This document shows, one piece after another, positions 14,395-28,261 of a stretch of 64,000 bases of DNA. Location of the stretch: the NCBI GenBank assembly GCA_025201805.1, contig MU619257.1:136615-200614 (forward strand), read 5' to 3'. The stretch is from Parasitella parasitica NRRL 2501. Its lineage: Eukaryota > Fungi > Mucoromycota. A program made the position numbers and the translations under genes. The notes beneath the pieces were generated by a model. It worked only from the letters and a program-made list of their open reading frames with translations, did no database searches and had not been told where the DNA came from. Position 1 is the first letter of the stretch; each line of letters opens with the position of its first letter.

Positions 14395-14840
14395 TTCGAA
14401 TAGTTTAACAGAAAGCACACAAGAAAGGAATATTTCCTTTACGCGTTCCAGCAAGATGAGAAAAAAAAAAAAAAAAAAAAGAGAGAGCCTCCGAGAAAAA
14501 GAACGGCCGTGGCTTGGATGAATTGATTTGATTTCAGTGCTCATGTTAACATGAAACAGATGCAAATACACAATACTTTGCATGAAAATAAGTCTGATCC
14601 TGGCCGGCGATAGCTTTATTAGCATTATATTGCCATCATGTTAGACTACGTTCTTGGTGAATGAAGCTGAAAAATACTTGAATCTGTAGATTTTCCGCGC
14701 ACTGGATGTGTATAAGTTGGCATGCAAAATGTGCATTCTTTGAATGGCTATTTTAAAATTCACACAAATGAAAAAGGTAATTTCTACAACAGCTTTATAA
14801 GGAGACATCAAAGTAATTAGAAGGTATTGANNNNNNNNNN

Positions 14841-14879
<39 letters not shown>

Positions 14880-15759
14880 GCATGGAATAATAATCAGCTT
14901 GCATAAATCTGTATTCATGGATCTTGCAAAGCTGTGAAAATGCGACCCCAAACGATAGATTCAACTGTGCGGTCATGGCGGAAATCTTAACTGTAGAAAC
15001 GACAGTTTTTAATGCATAATAAATATGTACTTTTTTTTTTTATTTATTTATACACGGTATAAGGGCATACAAAAACTGCCTACAAAACAAAACACTTTTA
15101 TGTAAAAAGGGAGTCCAAAAATCATTTAGCCGCTTTCGACAAGTGTCCCGAACCAAATCAAATTGCAGTGATGATAGCATTAGACATTCTTAGCTGCATG
15201 CATTTATGACAGTATGTGGACCCTTAATTCCATAAAATGTCACTGCCACAATTTTTTGAGCCAGAAATTCAATTGCATGACAACGATCTTCATGGGAGGA
15301 CATTGCACGTACTATGGTACGACTATCAAGATCCGATCATTGGTGCAAAAAGAGTACACGAGCTATTTTAAAAGTTTATATACACAGTAGAAACTAAAAT
15401 TCTATCCAAAATCAAGGGGCATAATGGGATTTGCGTTATTGACAATATAGATGTTGAGTAGTCGCCGGAAAAAAAAAATTACTACGAGGCAGCTTGGGTC
15501 TTCAAAACTATAAAAACTTAAAATCGATCTCCCTGATAGCCATTGGCCCAGTTGGAGTAACATGTAATTAACATCGAAGTCTGTTGTGCTTCTTTGACCA
15601 ACGTCACAACCTATTGTGTGTGAGTGTGCTTGATATCTGTGTCCAATATTCTTTTTCTGTCGCACAACCTTGCTGTTGTATTTTTCTCCTTTTTCTTCTC
15701 TTTGATTCTCTTTTGCCCCTTCAGTTTCTTACTAGTTCGGATTTTTTTCTTGAGCAAAC

Positions 15760-16602
<843 letters not shown>

Positions 16603-17160
16603 TGCCATGCTCGTTCTAGTCATCCCTACTTGAGAATTGACTACTCTATTGCATCCGCTCTCCCTCTATAATTATTGATATCCTCTCTTCCCGTATATGT
16701 GCATATTTCTCACTATTACAATGTGTTTTTTGTTTTTTGTTCGCTGTATAAGTGGTATTAAATTCACTTTTTATATATATAAAATCTGCCTCAAAATCTA
16801 ATATGTACAACCTTAATCTAGAGTTGTTTTGTGTGTGTGTGTGTGTGTGTTTGGGTTTTTAATGTCACTTTCGTTAAAGAAATCTTAATTAGAGGTGAAA
16901 CATGTGTCGAGTTTATTAAACTGAGTTTCCAACATAAACCAAGGAAATGAAATGTTTTTCGTTTGTATAAATATATCATAATGATAATTTACACTTGCAG
17001 TACAAGTCTTTGTCGTGCTATCAATATTCATGTTATTTTCGAAGGGTATAAGCATATGTTCCTCTCAAAGAAGTGAATCATTTTATAATTATAAATCAAG
17101 AGTTTGCAAGAATAAAGTCAGACACATAAATTAATGGCATTGCTGATGAGAAAATGCTTT

Positions 17161-17415
17161 CTATAGAATACAATGGTTGCCATGGCAACCGTCTCTGATC
17201 GGATCCAAGATTAAATGCTACTAATTATTCCATACTAAATAGGAGTAATCAATGGGAATTTCTTTTACAAGTAATCATCTATCTGGGTTCTGCCTATTAG
17301 AAATTACGAAGCCAAACTTATCAATGACTGATATTCATCACATTTCGTAATGATTAGTCAATTGAATATAGATAGGTTTAGCTTTGACAATTAAATGTCA
17401 AACATGATTTGATTG
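17161..17415 (+). mobile_element. Degenerate solo-LTR fragment, inverted homolog of the LTR at 44061-44535
   Basis: Aligns by eye with the reverse complement of about 44220-44525; shared blocks tagaatac.atggttgcc, atggcaaccgt..ctgatcggatc, tgggttct, aacttatc.atga, tgacaattaaatgtcaaacatg. Confidence 0.8.
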
Positions 17416-19515
17416 CGTTCATAGATGTTATACGGCTTCGAACCCCATTTTTATATACCTTCATTTTTCGGATGAAATAAATACTACCAAATCTGAAATA
17501 TCACCCCTTTTCCCCAATTAAGGGTATAACCTGCAAATGTCTAAACTACAGTCTTTTTATGGTTTCTAAAGAAAATGATAGATGCCACGGTGTTTTTGAT
17601 TATTTCTGATAAAAGCCAAGAAGTTTTTGAGAGAAGATGAGTCACACCTGTTTTATCATATTACTATGAAGAAAGGTATATTTGTGGCATCAAAATACTT
17701 GCTTTATACAGCTGTGACATGTACTAGAATTGATATTGACGTTATATCATCTCCAGATAGATATTTTTTTACATCCTAAAAGTAAGAACTTTAGCTTTTT
17801 GTGCCGTTTTTCGATTGATTTTTATAAACAAAAGTGCTCTGAAATCACCAGAAATAGTATCCATTGGGAAAAAACTATATTATATATGATTTTGGTGCAA
17901 TTTGAGCATGATTTTTTTTTTTGATGCAAAATGACGGATTTCTTCGATTTTTTCCTTGTATCCACACATCCAAAATCATCGATTATGCATTATCCCGGAT
18001 TTTGACCCCAAAAATGCAACTTTTTACTATAGCATATATTGGAGTAAAATGATCGTAAAAGGTCATTCCTTAATTTGAAAGACTGGAAATGCACTCTAAT
18101 TAAGCAAAATGTTGACTTTTCCCTCTTAATCCGTTTTTGAGATTTTTCGGAAGAATTCCTTCCATAGGCATATGGGGATTATGAAAATGATACCATCATG
18201 TAGAGAGCCCAAAATACAGCTATTATCATAAACTGACAGCCGTGTTATGCATAGTATCAGAGGATGATATCTTGCCCCAAAGGAGTAATTTTGTTTTCGA
18301 ATTGTCCAAATGGAGTTTCTGAAAGAATCTTTTCTTCCTGATTTTGGACACGTTTAATCTCCGCTATCGAAGAAAAATGGTGCTTTTTTGAAGAAAGCAT
18401 TAGCTTTGAGAAGCCGTAGCTTACCCAATTCATAAAAAAAAACAATTGAAAACTAGTTTATTAAAATAGCATGCTTCTTGGCTTTCTAATGATAGCACTT
18501 GCATGTCTGTACTTGGCCTGACGATCTCACGCTCCGATTTTGAAAAATACTTTTTCGAAAAAAAGGCAGAAAAGTCGCCGCTTTCATCTGATGTCAACTT
18601 AAAAAGTACATAAACTTGCTCTAAACTATGCAAATATGTAATCAAAAGGTGTCTTATAGTCTAACATATTACTTTTTGTTAATTTTTTTTTTGTGTTTGA
18701 GATCGCTAAAAATTGTTTTCTTACAGCTTTTGCCTTTTTTCTGACAATAACACACTGAAATTCGTGTAGATAAAAAAAAAAGCTGGCGACTAAAATCTAC
18801 GCAGGCTTTACAAAGACGCACACTTTTGAACCATTCCAGTATTATGGAAAAGATGGCACAAGTTTGACTAGCTGTTCTAATGTGCAACTGGATATAGAGA
18901 ATTCAGCTTGGTACTTGTCTGACAAGACTTTCTACACTAGAAGACGCTAGATCAACTGAAGGTTTAAGAAAATGCCAGAGAAAAGGAAACAATCTGCCAC
19001 CATTTATAAAAAAAAAAAAAAAAAATATCTATATAGAAATTTATGAAGTCCAAAGACATTAATGTGTTTATCCTCAACCTTACTCTCCGTTTCTTGAATC
19101 CAATTAAAGGTTTTTAGATCCAAAAGTTAACAGACATATTTACACCCAGAATCACAAATGAATGTCAATAGACAACCGTAACCTTTTTTTAAAGACTACC
19201 TTGAACTTAAAGACGAAATATTTTCTTCGTTTCTTCACTATGAGTAAAATTCTTTTTCCCTAAATATGGAAAGCCCCACTTATTTTTTTTAGGGAGATTC
19301 TTCTCGTCTCTCAGAAAATTCTTAGCTTTAGTCAGAAATAAAAGGTTTATTACCACAATCACCGTTTCAACTTTTTTTTTTCAGAAACTGTAAAATGACA
19401 GTATTACACAACCTTCAGCATCCTACAACATATTCGAGTCCCACGCACTTCTGACCACTTTTCTTTGCACTAGAAATTCTCATTTATTATATGAGCTTTT
19501 AGAAAAGTTACACTA

Positions 19516-21287
19516 TTAACGAAAAGGATTATTTACGCTATGCAAAGTATAGGGTTGACTATTGCCGGTAATAGTATTAGTAGTAGTAGTAGTATTATTA
19601 GTAGTAAAGTTGGTATGGTCGGTATTGGTCGTATTAGGTGGCATATTCGTGTTTCCTAGTAACGGCGTAATAGGATGTGGTGGAGTAACGGTGCTATGAT
19701 CAAGTGATGTATTAGGAGGAACTAAGGCAGTATTGTCATTGATTGATAAATTAGACAAGGAAGACACTGGTGTTAAGTTTTGTGGGATAACTGGTAATTG
19801 TTGCTCTTGTTGTTCTGTGCCTTGATTTTGATTGCTGTATTGTTCATCTACTGGAGGCGCTTCATAGACTGGAGGAGGTAAATCGTTGTGTCCATGATAT
19901 GTAGTTGAAAATAATGGCGGATTGTCACTTGGTGCTGCAGATGACGCCCCACCAGTATGTCCAGCTAAAACTGTATCCATTATCCTTTCACGCTGAGCTT
20001 TCAACGAGCCCATGATCGCATTTACTGCTGTATTTAAACGAACTAACGCACCTGCAGCGTAGTCTTTGTATTGCTTTACCCAAGTTAATGAGTTTTGGGT
20101 ATTCCGGTGTGCTGTAGCCAACATGCCAAAACATTGCGATGTTTTTGCTAAATACGTTAGTGTTGAGAAACCACAGCTACAATCCATTTGACACATATTT
20201 TACCTTTCCAGGCAATATCGACATAGTTTAAATTGAGTTGCATCTGCAGCAATGTATTGTTGGTGACTACATCCAATGTTTGAGGGTAAGGGATTTCAGG
20301 TAGCACAGTACGAGCTACATTCAATAGTCTTTGAATTTCCCAGATTCTCCTTTTGGAGGCATCTAAATAAGCAACCTGCTCCTCATCAATGATGGGGCCA
20401 CCAAATATCTCGAATGGCACATAGTTGATGACTGTATCTAATAATCGAATTACTGTTTTGATGTCTACGAGTGCCTTGGAAAGAGATTGCTCAGCTTCGC
20501 TAAACCTATTTTTATCCCGTTTTGCCTATTGCATATATGTACATGTTGGCTCCCGCACCACGAACTACTGGCATTTTCAGCTTACCAGACGCTTTTGCTC
20601 TTTGTAATTTGCCAATTCCGCTTTCAGCTGTGGCTCTGATGGGAAGTTTGGATCCTCCAGCGTAAAAATCTATTACAAGTTTAGGCCATCAAGTCATATA
20701 TCTCAAGATAACGACCTTTTTTTTTTTACCTGCTCAAGCAATGAATCAAACTGATGTCTTGTATCCTCGAAATGACTCTTATGTCGAGCAAGTTCATCTT
20801 CCTATAGTGGAAGTAAGAAACAAACAACTATAAAAAAAAATACATTTTCAGCCTTACTCTTGCAAGAGCCCCGTCATAACTTGCTTGCAATTCGCCTAAT
20901 TCTAGCTTCGACCGCTGTTCATTCTCAAATGCTAGTTGGTATTTAGCTTCTTCCTTTGCTGTGCGTTCTTTCTTTTTGCCAGATAAAGTCGCAGCTGCTG
21001 ATCGAAATGACAAATGTCGCATTTTACGAACATCTCGGTACTCTTTTTTGCTGCAGACGCTTTTAATTGAATATTCTCACAAGAAACATGGAGAAAAAAA
21101 AAACTTACGAATATTCTTCCAATGATTGTATCTCTGCTTTTTTCAGCTGAATGGCTTTTTCGAAATCTTGACGTATTGTTTTGGCATCATTCAATGCATT
21201 TGCAATGTGGGATTCGCTGTCAAGCTCTGCTTTTAATTTTCGGTAGTATGACCCTTGATCTTGTATACATTGCACAAGAGAAGACAT
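19516..21287 (-). CDS. Uncharacterized multi-exon protein (coiled-coil N-terminus, Pro/Thr/Asn-rich tail)
   Basis: Chain of minus-strand ORFs joined by GT-AG introns, from MSSLVQCIQDQG to ...SVNNPFR*; no family recognised. Confidence 0.7.
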
Positions 21288-22250
21288 TTTCCTCGAAATA
21301 AAACTGAAAGAGAACAGGCAGCTATAAATAATCACAACATTTAAACAATGATGCCTGGTTTATTCAATATCCGATTACACATCATGACAGATACGCAAGT
21401 CAGCCCTCTAGCGATAATCCCAAAAAGTGGCATTATATTCAAGCAAGTAATGACTATGAATGCAGGAAACGCATCTCAAACATCTCTTTTGTCGCAAGAT
21501 TGACAGGTCAAGCGGGTCATTTTACGGACATACTGACATTGAGGAATAGTATTATACTGTTACGTATCTGTGCTAAGACCTATTAAAAAAATTATAGATG
21601 AGGGATGGCATAAGCCTTCTTTGCTGAAAAGCGTAGTCGAGTTGTTAGTTTTTCACTGCATGAAAAACACATTTTTGCCTTCTAACTATAGGATTCGAAT
21701 TGGTACGGTTTGTCATCTAGCAGCTTTATGTCATAGACAAAATGATGATAAGAATTATAATATTCAACATTTTGTTTGATGATTTCGGATGATTTTGTAA
21801 CAACATTTGACCTTGCTTTGTTTGTCGCAGCAGAAGACGATTGTTTATCCAAATGTGTCACAGCAGGTGAGCGTTGTCTCAATGGATATCTCCTGAACTC
21901 TTGCTCCACAACATGCAAACTTATTTGCGCAACTACAATAGGCGAGATATCCAAAGAGGTTGCTCAGCAATTCGTTGAAAAGCCGACCCATAGTATATGG
22001 TTATGGATAATACCAAGATTTATTACAGTCTTGCTCTACTGACCCCCCCCCTTTTTTTTCTCAAGTTCTGCTTCAGAATATCTTTTAAAACTAAGGATAA
22101 AAAAAAATCTGAGAGGGAATAAAGCTAACAAAAGTAATCACTAAAGTAGATTGCAAATGTTGTGCCATGTACGCAATTTGCTTTCATAAAAGGTATATTG
22201 ATGTGGAAAAGAAAATCGCTATCTCGATGCTTGTTTGATTTTCAATCGGG

Positions 22251-22776
22251 TTAATTGTTTATCTCCTCTTCGGCAGAAGCTTGAGACCTAAAATTCTGAA
22301 TGACAGCTTCCAAAGTTCTCGACTTGATTTCATCCGATGCACAAAATGTACTGACGGGAGACTTGCCCTCCAAAGCTCTTTTTTGCGTCAGTATATCCGT
22401 TGTCAAATATCGGACATACTCTTGTATTGTAATGCCCAAACAGTAGAGTGCTGATAGATCCATCTTGGGAAAGTTGGGCTGCAGACTTGAAACTTCGCTA
22501 GCCCTCATATTAATAGTCTCTAATAGTTTCTATTGTATAAAATTAGTACTCTTTTCATAGAGAGTTCATTTGCTTGTAATCCTACTATGAATTCATAGGT
22601 TTTTGGGTCATCTTCATCAAAAAGCGCTAGATTCATCAAGATGTCAGTAATTTGATTTAGGCATGCAACGTTTCGGGCTGTTCTTTACCTCTATAATCAA
22701 CATGTTTTCCCAGTTGGATGTGGCCTAAGAGGAAGTGAGGATCGGCTTTCTCTGATTCACTACGACTAGCTACCAT
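22251..22776 (-). CDS. Small protein, possibly Rrn10-like (Pol I UAF subunit); apparent frameshift near 22665
   Basis: Terminal exon contains MDLSALYCLGITIQEYVRYL; one clean GT-AG intron (about 22585-22529); the upstream reading from ATG 22776 changes frame. Confidence 0.3.
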
Positions 22777-23134
22777 ACTATACTGCAGCAAAATGATAAA
22801 AAGAATAACCTCGAAAAAGTTTTTTTTTTTTTTTTTACTGTTTTATACTATATGTTTATTTGAAAGGGCCAATCATATTGCTCTTGTTTTTATATGCTTT
22901 GAAGCAGTTTATCGAGGATCTGGTTCTTGAATTCCTCTCAAAAACTCCCTTTGTCCCTTCAAATTAACCCTCTCTTACATTTATACTGTACATTCATACA
23001 TTCTTATTGAACTCGACGTCATGTAATGGAGCTGCATCAGTAGTGTGTCATTTGCCAAATGTTATTCAAATCCCGTGAGAATACGCATGTAGTTCTTTTT
23101 CTTTCTCACTTTGTATCTTGTTACAATACGCGCA

Positions 23135-24692
23135 ATGTCTCATCAAAGTGGTATTCAAGGTATTTGATGTAGTCTCAATGCTCCTCTCGCATTTTAAATA
23201 TTTAAATGCTTGTGAAATAGTGTCAGAGGAGCTCTCCAAAGCCTTTACTGACGCTGTGTCCGATGGAAATGTCCGTATTCTCCGTGTATCTATTGAAAAT
23301 GGTAGCCTTCTCTTCTCAGCTACATTGTTGTTTGTATATATATGCTAACCTGCAAAATCAAATTGCTTAGAGTCCTTGATACCAAATGGTAACTCTGCAG
23401 TTAAAGGTGATTTTGAGTCTGGTAATGATAACGCTATTCTTTTTTTTTTTTATTTTTTTCAAAACGTAACACATACCCAACTAATTTCTTCTTTCTGGAA
23501 ATGTAGATTATAAGCAATACATTGACGAATATCTCGAATCAACCACTCCATCGTACATTTTTGTTCGCTTGGATGAAAAGAATTCTTCTGGGGAATACCA
23601 ATGGCTTTTTCTCTGTTTTATCCCAGATAATGCCAAAGTTCGTGATAAGATGCTGTATGCTTCTACCAGGGCTACATTAACAAAAGAATTGGGCGATTAC
23701 AGGTTCTCTGACAGTATTTATGGTACTGAAAAGGCAAGTTGAAATAGTTGTGATGCGCAAACGTCGAATTTACCATGCTCTTGTGCTATAGTCGGAATTT
23801 ACACTGGATGGATACAAGAGACATCTTGCTCACAAGAAGGCAGAAGCACCGTTGACTAGACGCGAACAAGAGCTTGTAGAGATCAAAGCAGCCGAGGTAA
23901 GCAAACAGCGGGTATTGAGATGCTTTGCGCTAATTCATGAACCAGGCAGCTACAGTGTCCGAATATCAAGGCACCGCTACGAGAAAGAGCTATGCACCTG
24001 GGGTTGCATTTCCTTTGACAGAAAAAGCTATCGAAGCACTCTCCGAATTAAAGAAGCCTAGCGACGATAGAGCGTTCAACTTTGTTTCCCTGGTAAGGCG
24101 GGTCGGGTTCAGAGCCTTTTAGCTTGTTTATTAACATTTGTTTTGCACGTAATTATTTAGCATTTAGATAATGAAAAGATTGATTTAGATAGTGCAACCC
24201 AAGTTTCGGTTGACAATTTAAGTCAGACAATTAATCCAGCTGCTCCAAGATTTACTTTTTACATCTATCCGCGAGGATCTACTGAATCGCTTGGTAAGGC
24301 GGGAAAAGTGTGGATGTGATGGTTACTCATGTATTTATGGCGGTAGTTTTCATCTACACATGCCCTTCAAGCTCCAAAATCAGAGAGCGTATGCTGTATT
24401 CGTCATCCAAATCCAATGCAATTATAGCAGCCACAGAGGAAGCCTCTCTTGAAATAGTCAAAAAGGTAGGATAATAGTGGGTTTTTAGATGTGTGTAGCG
24501 TACCAACCACATACTATACAGTTTGAGACCAGTGATTTGTCTGATTTAGTGGCTGAATATTTTGATGACGAGCTCGCCCCACAGCCAAACAACGCTGGCT
24601 CAAACACTGGCAGTATGGGTGGCAATCAACTAGGCTTCAAGAGACCTGCTGCTCCTGGCAGAAGAAGACCTACTACGACTGCAGCACCTTGA
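23135..24692 (+). CDS. TWF1: Twinfilin (two ADF-H domains), multi-exon
   Basis: MSHQSGIQ...; PDNAKVRDKMLYASTRATLTKELG; PLTRREQEL; IYTCPSSSKIRERMLYSSSK; C-terminal FKRPAAPGRR. Confidence 0.93.
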
Positions 24693-24967
24693 TTATAGAG
24701 TCACATTTTTGTAAACCATCAAAATGCAATAAAAAGGTTTTATCCAACCAGAACTCTTTGGGCTGGCACGCGGATGTCATTTCAAATCAACATATGCGTA
24801 ATCAAGGCCATTAGATTGGGTGCCTGATTGAAGCTTTAGCTAAGCCTTTTAAAATTTCAAATGATTTCTAGGGAAAAAGAATGTTGCAAATACATACTCA
24901 CATACGCACGCACGCACGCACAAAATACACATCAAAACATCCCATCATTTCTGACTGAATCGGCACT

Positions 24968-25032
24968 CTTTTCTCTTTTCTCTCTTATTTCTCTCTTTTC
25001 TCTCTTTTCTCTCTTTTCTCTCTTTTCTCTCT
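24968..25032 (+). repeat. Pyrimidine 9-bp tandem repeat (TCTCTTTTC)n
   Basis: About 7 imperfect units read directly, about 60 bp upstream of the cyclin ATG. Confidence 0.85.
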
Positions 25033-25092
25033 TTATACTATTGCGTCTCAAGAAAGGCTCTATTTTCTATATTTATACATTTATCAAATTGA

Positions 25093-25970
25093 ATGCCGCC
25101 TAAACCAACCGCTGTCGCATTGACAACAACTACACTCGACATTGCAAATTACCCAGTGGATTCCCTCGTCGAAATTGTGGCCAATCTGCTGGATTCCATC
25201 ATCGAGACAAACGACCGACTAATCAACAATAGCTCAACCGTGACCCACTTCCATTCGCGGACGATACCCAACATTGCTGTCCGTCCGTACCTTGTCCGCA
25301 TACTGAAGTTTGCTCCATTTTCAAACGAAGCGCTGCTGTGCTTGCTAATCTATTTCGACAGAATGGCCAAATTCAAAAAGACCCGCTATGCAGTCAACTC
25401 GTACACTGTCCACCGATTACTAATCACAAGCATCGTGGTTGCGTCCAAGTTCACGTCGGATGTGTTCTATCCCAACTCCAGATACGCCAAAGTAAGTATG
25501 CTACAGTTTGTTACGGCTCCCAGTCAATAGCGCTAACCTGAGAAACAAAGGTCGGCGGCATTCCGCTGTGCGAGCTAAATCAGTTGGAACTCGAGTTTTT
25601 ATTCTTATGCAACTTTGACTTGCATGTCAAGCTGGAAAACATGCAGGCCTATGGAGATCAGCTATTGCAGCACGCGCTAATCAATCAACAACCTATGCTG
25701 TCTCCTGTTGTCGAGGTTACATCACTGTCTGTATCATCACCACCGCTATCACCACCCAACACTGACACTCCCTATTCATCGCCTACTATTCCGACTGCGT
25801 CGTTGAAAAGAAAGAGAGAGCGTTCAAACGATGGCAGCGAGCAAATGAAGCGGTCAGAATCTTTACTAGACCAGGCCACTGCGCCTCCAATCATATACAA
25901 AAAACTGCAAAACGGCAGTATAGATTACTACCATTTAGATTCCATACTTTCTAATTTATACCCACCATGA
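25093..25970 (+). CDS. Pho80/Pcl-family cyclin, 2 exons
   Basis: FHSRTIPNIAVRPYLVRILKF...LLIYFDRM...VHRLLITSIVVASKFTSDVFYPNSRYAK|VGGIPLCELNQLELEFLFLCNFDL. Confidence 0.9.
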
Positions 25971-26564
25971 CTATCGCTAACTCTCTCCTTATAAAACTGT
26001 ACACTATAAACGTAACACAACAGAAACATCTTTACACAATATGTTCTGTAAAAAAAGAAAATAAAAAACCCCTCCCCCTCCCCCCTCCCCTCTCCCCCCG
26101 AAAGGAGGTCAAAGCGATTTGATCCTTTTACTGATAATCAGTCTTGGACGATACAATTTTCGTTATTACTTGTAATTNNNNNNNNNNNNNNNNNNNNNNN
26201 NNNNNNNNNNNNNNNNNNNNNNAAAAAAGAGACCCAAATCAAGGAATTTAAACATGGTTGTAGCGCCCTTGTTCTACGAGTAAATCACCTCTGCCATGTG
26301 TGTAACTGCAAACAAGAGCTTGTAAGCGGTTTTATATAGCCCACGTTGTCATTTTCGCAAGGATTTTATTGGAAATATTACATTTATTACAAAAATGTCG
26401 ATCAAAGGATAAAAGAACTGCCATTTAGATAATTTCTATGTCTTAAGAATTGTTGAAACAATGACTAGCAGGCATGTAAAATATTAAGTGCTTTTTTTGC
26501 AGCTATAATGTAGATGTTTCAATGAGCAATTTTTTCTTTCTCTTCTTTAAATATACACACATAT

Positions 26565-28198
26565 ATGAAAAGCAGCATTAGACACTCATTTGAACTGCCA
26601 ATAAACAGTAACCATGACAGTATGCACAGCTGGAAGAAATGGCAATATTTGGCACCTCGTTGGAGTAGCCCTGAATTATCTGCTACAACCACTGCATCAG
26701 TTGTGTCAGTACAAGAAAAGCAATGCGATTGGGATGAAAATGATGAGGAAAGAACAATTGGCGACGACCATCGTCATGGAGACGAAGTCGAGAAAAACGT
26801 GTTGATATCTCTGTGCAAATCATTGATGCTGTACGGTGCTCCTTGCCATCGGATTGTATGTAGTAAAGTATACACTCTGGTCAATGTCACATCATTTAAA
26901 CAAGCATAAACTATAGGAAGAAGCATTGGAACATGTATCTAAATCATTATCACTACACACAACATTTATCTTTATCCCTGGAATAATGATGATGACATTT
27001 TACAATACACCTATAGACACGGATAGCACACTAACATCGTTGCCTTGGCAGCAATGTTACTGCCACTCTCAAACTATACTAATACGATGCCCCCAGGGTC
27101 TTGACATGGGAAAACTAACAAAAGTAAACCATGTCATTCAACGCATGTGCTCAACGCAAGACCAAGAGAACCACTTGTCAGCAGCTCAAAGTATTCTCAC
27201 ATTGCAGGAGATCTTTCAGGCCAAACCAACCTGGAATGTATGGATAACACTCTTATCCCACACGCTGAGCAGTTTATTCACAGCACTCATCATGTTTAAT
27301 GGAACATTGGTCGACACGGCTCTCAGTGGTGGCCTTGGCTTGTTGGTTGGCTTGCTAATTTTGCTATCTGAACGATATACAGCATACTGCAACATATTTG
27401 AAATATCCACCACCGTATTGATTGCATTCATTGCCAAGGCACTGGATCAATGGATTTGCTTCACAGGCGTTGTTTTGTCAGCAACTTCGATCTTGATACC
27501 CGGATATACACTGACAATGTCTATAGTATGTATCGAATCATAGAGTTTGCATCTGGATACATTTGTCCTAAACGTTCCTTCTTACATATTAGATGGAATT
27601 ATCAGCACGTCACGTAATTACTGGAACCGTCCGATTCGTCTATGCTATGATTTATGCACTGTTCATAGGCTATGGGCTAGAAATAGGTACAAGCTTATAC
27701 GAAGCAGTAGATGCTCAGTCATCACCTTCGGTATTTGATGTCTGCAAGGGCCAAACGCCGTCATGGCTTTACATATGTCTGTTTCCCTTGATGGCAATCA
27801 GCATGTCAATCAATCTAGGCGCAACTATAAGACAATGGCCTTCGATGGTGTGTAGTTCTGCTATCGGCTTTGGCGTGTCTGTACTATCAAGTAAATTCAT
27901 TACCAATCTACAGATTGTGGGCACCATTAGTGCATTCTCGGTTGGTTTATTTGGTAATTTTTACTTTAAACTGACAGGTGATCTAGCCTTGGTGCCGCTT
28001 TCATGCGGCATCGCATCTCTGGTGCCTGGAAGTATTGGTATCCAAGGGGCCTATTTCTTAATTCGACAAGATGACAAAGGAATATCTTTTGCGACACAAA
28101 TGGTAGTGGCTTCATTAGGTATCGCCGTTGGCTTATTTGCTGCTACATTGGCTGTATCAGCAAGAGAGCGCAAAAGAGCTGCTTATTTGTCATATTAA
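26565..28198 (+). CDS. Prm10/DUF1212 (ThrE-like) membrane protein, 3 exons
   Basis: LCKSLMLYGAPCHRI, GLDMGKL..V, ILIPGYTLT, MELSARHVITGTVRFVYA, LVPGSIG; multiple hydrophobic segments. Confidence 0.85.
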
Positions 28199-28261
28199 GT
28201 TATTTATTTACAAGTGTGAAAATCGATAAAAGGGGTAAAATTGTCTAATTTTTGTGTATTA

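Noticed and set aside
16831-16850. (GT)n microsatellite, and the (CT)n tracts at about 5722-5762 and 9241-9266
   Set aside because: Ordinary intronic or intergenic simple repeats.
21570-22042. Overlapping short ORFs on both strands
   Set aside because: No consistent spliced frame or known motif.
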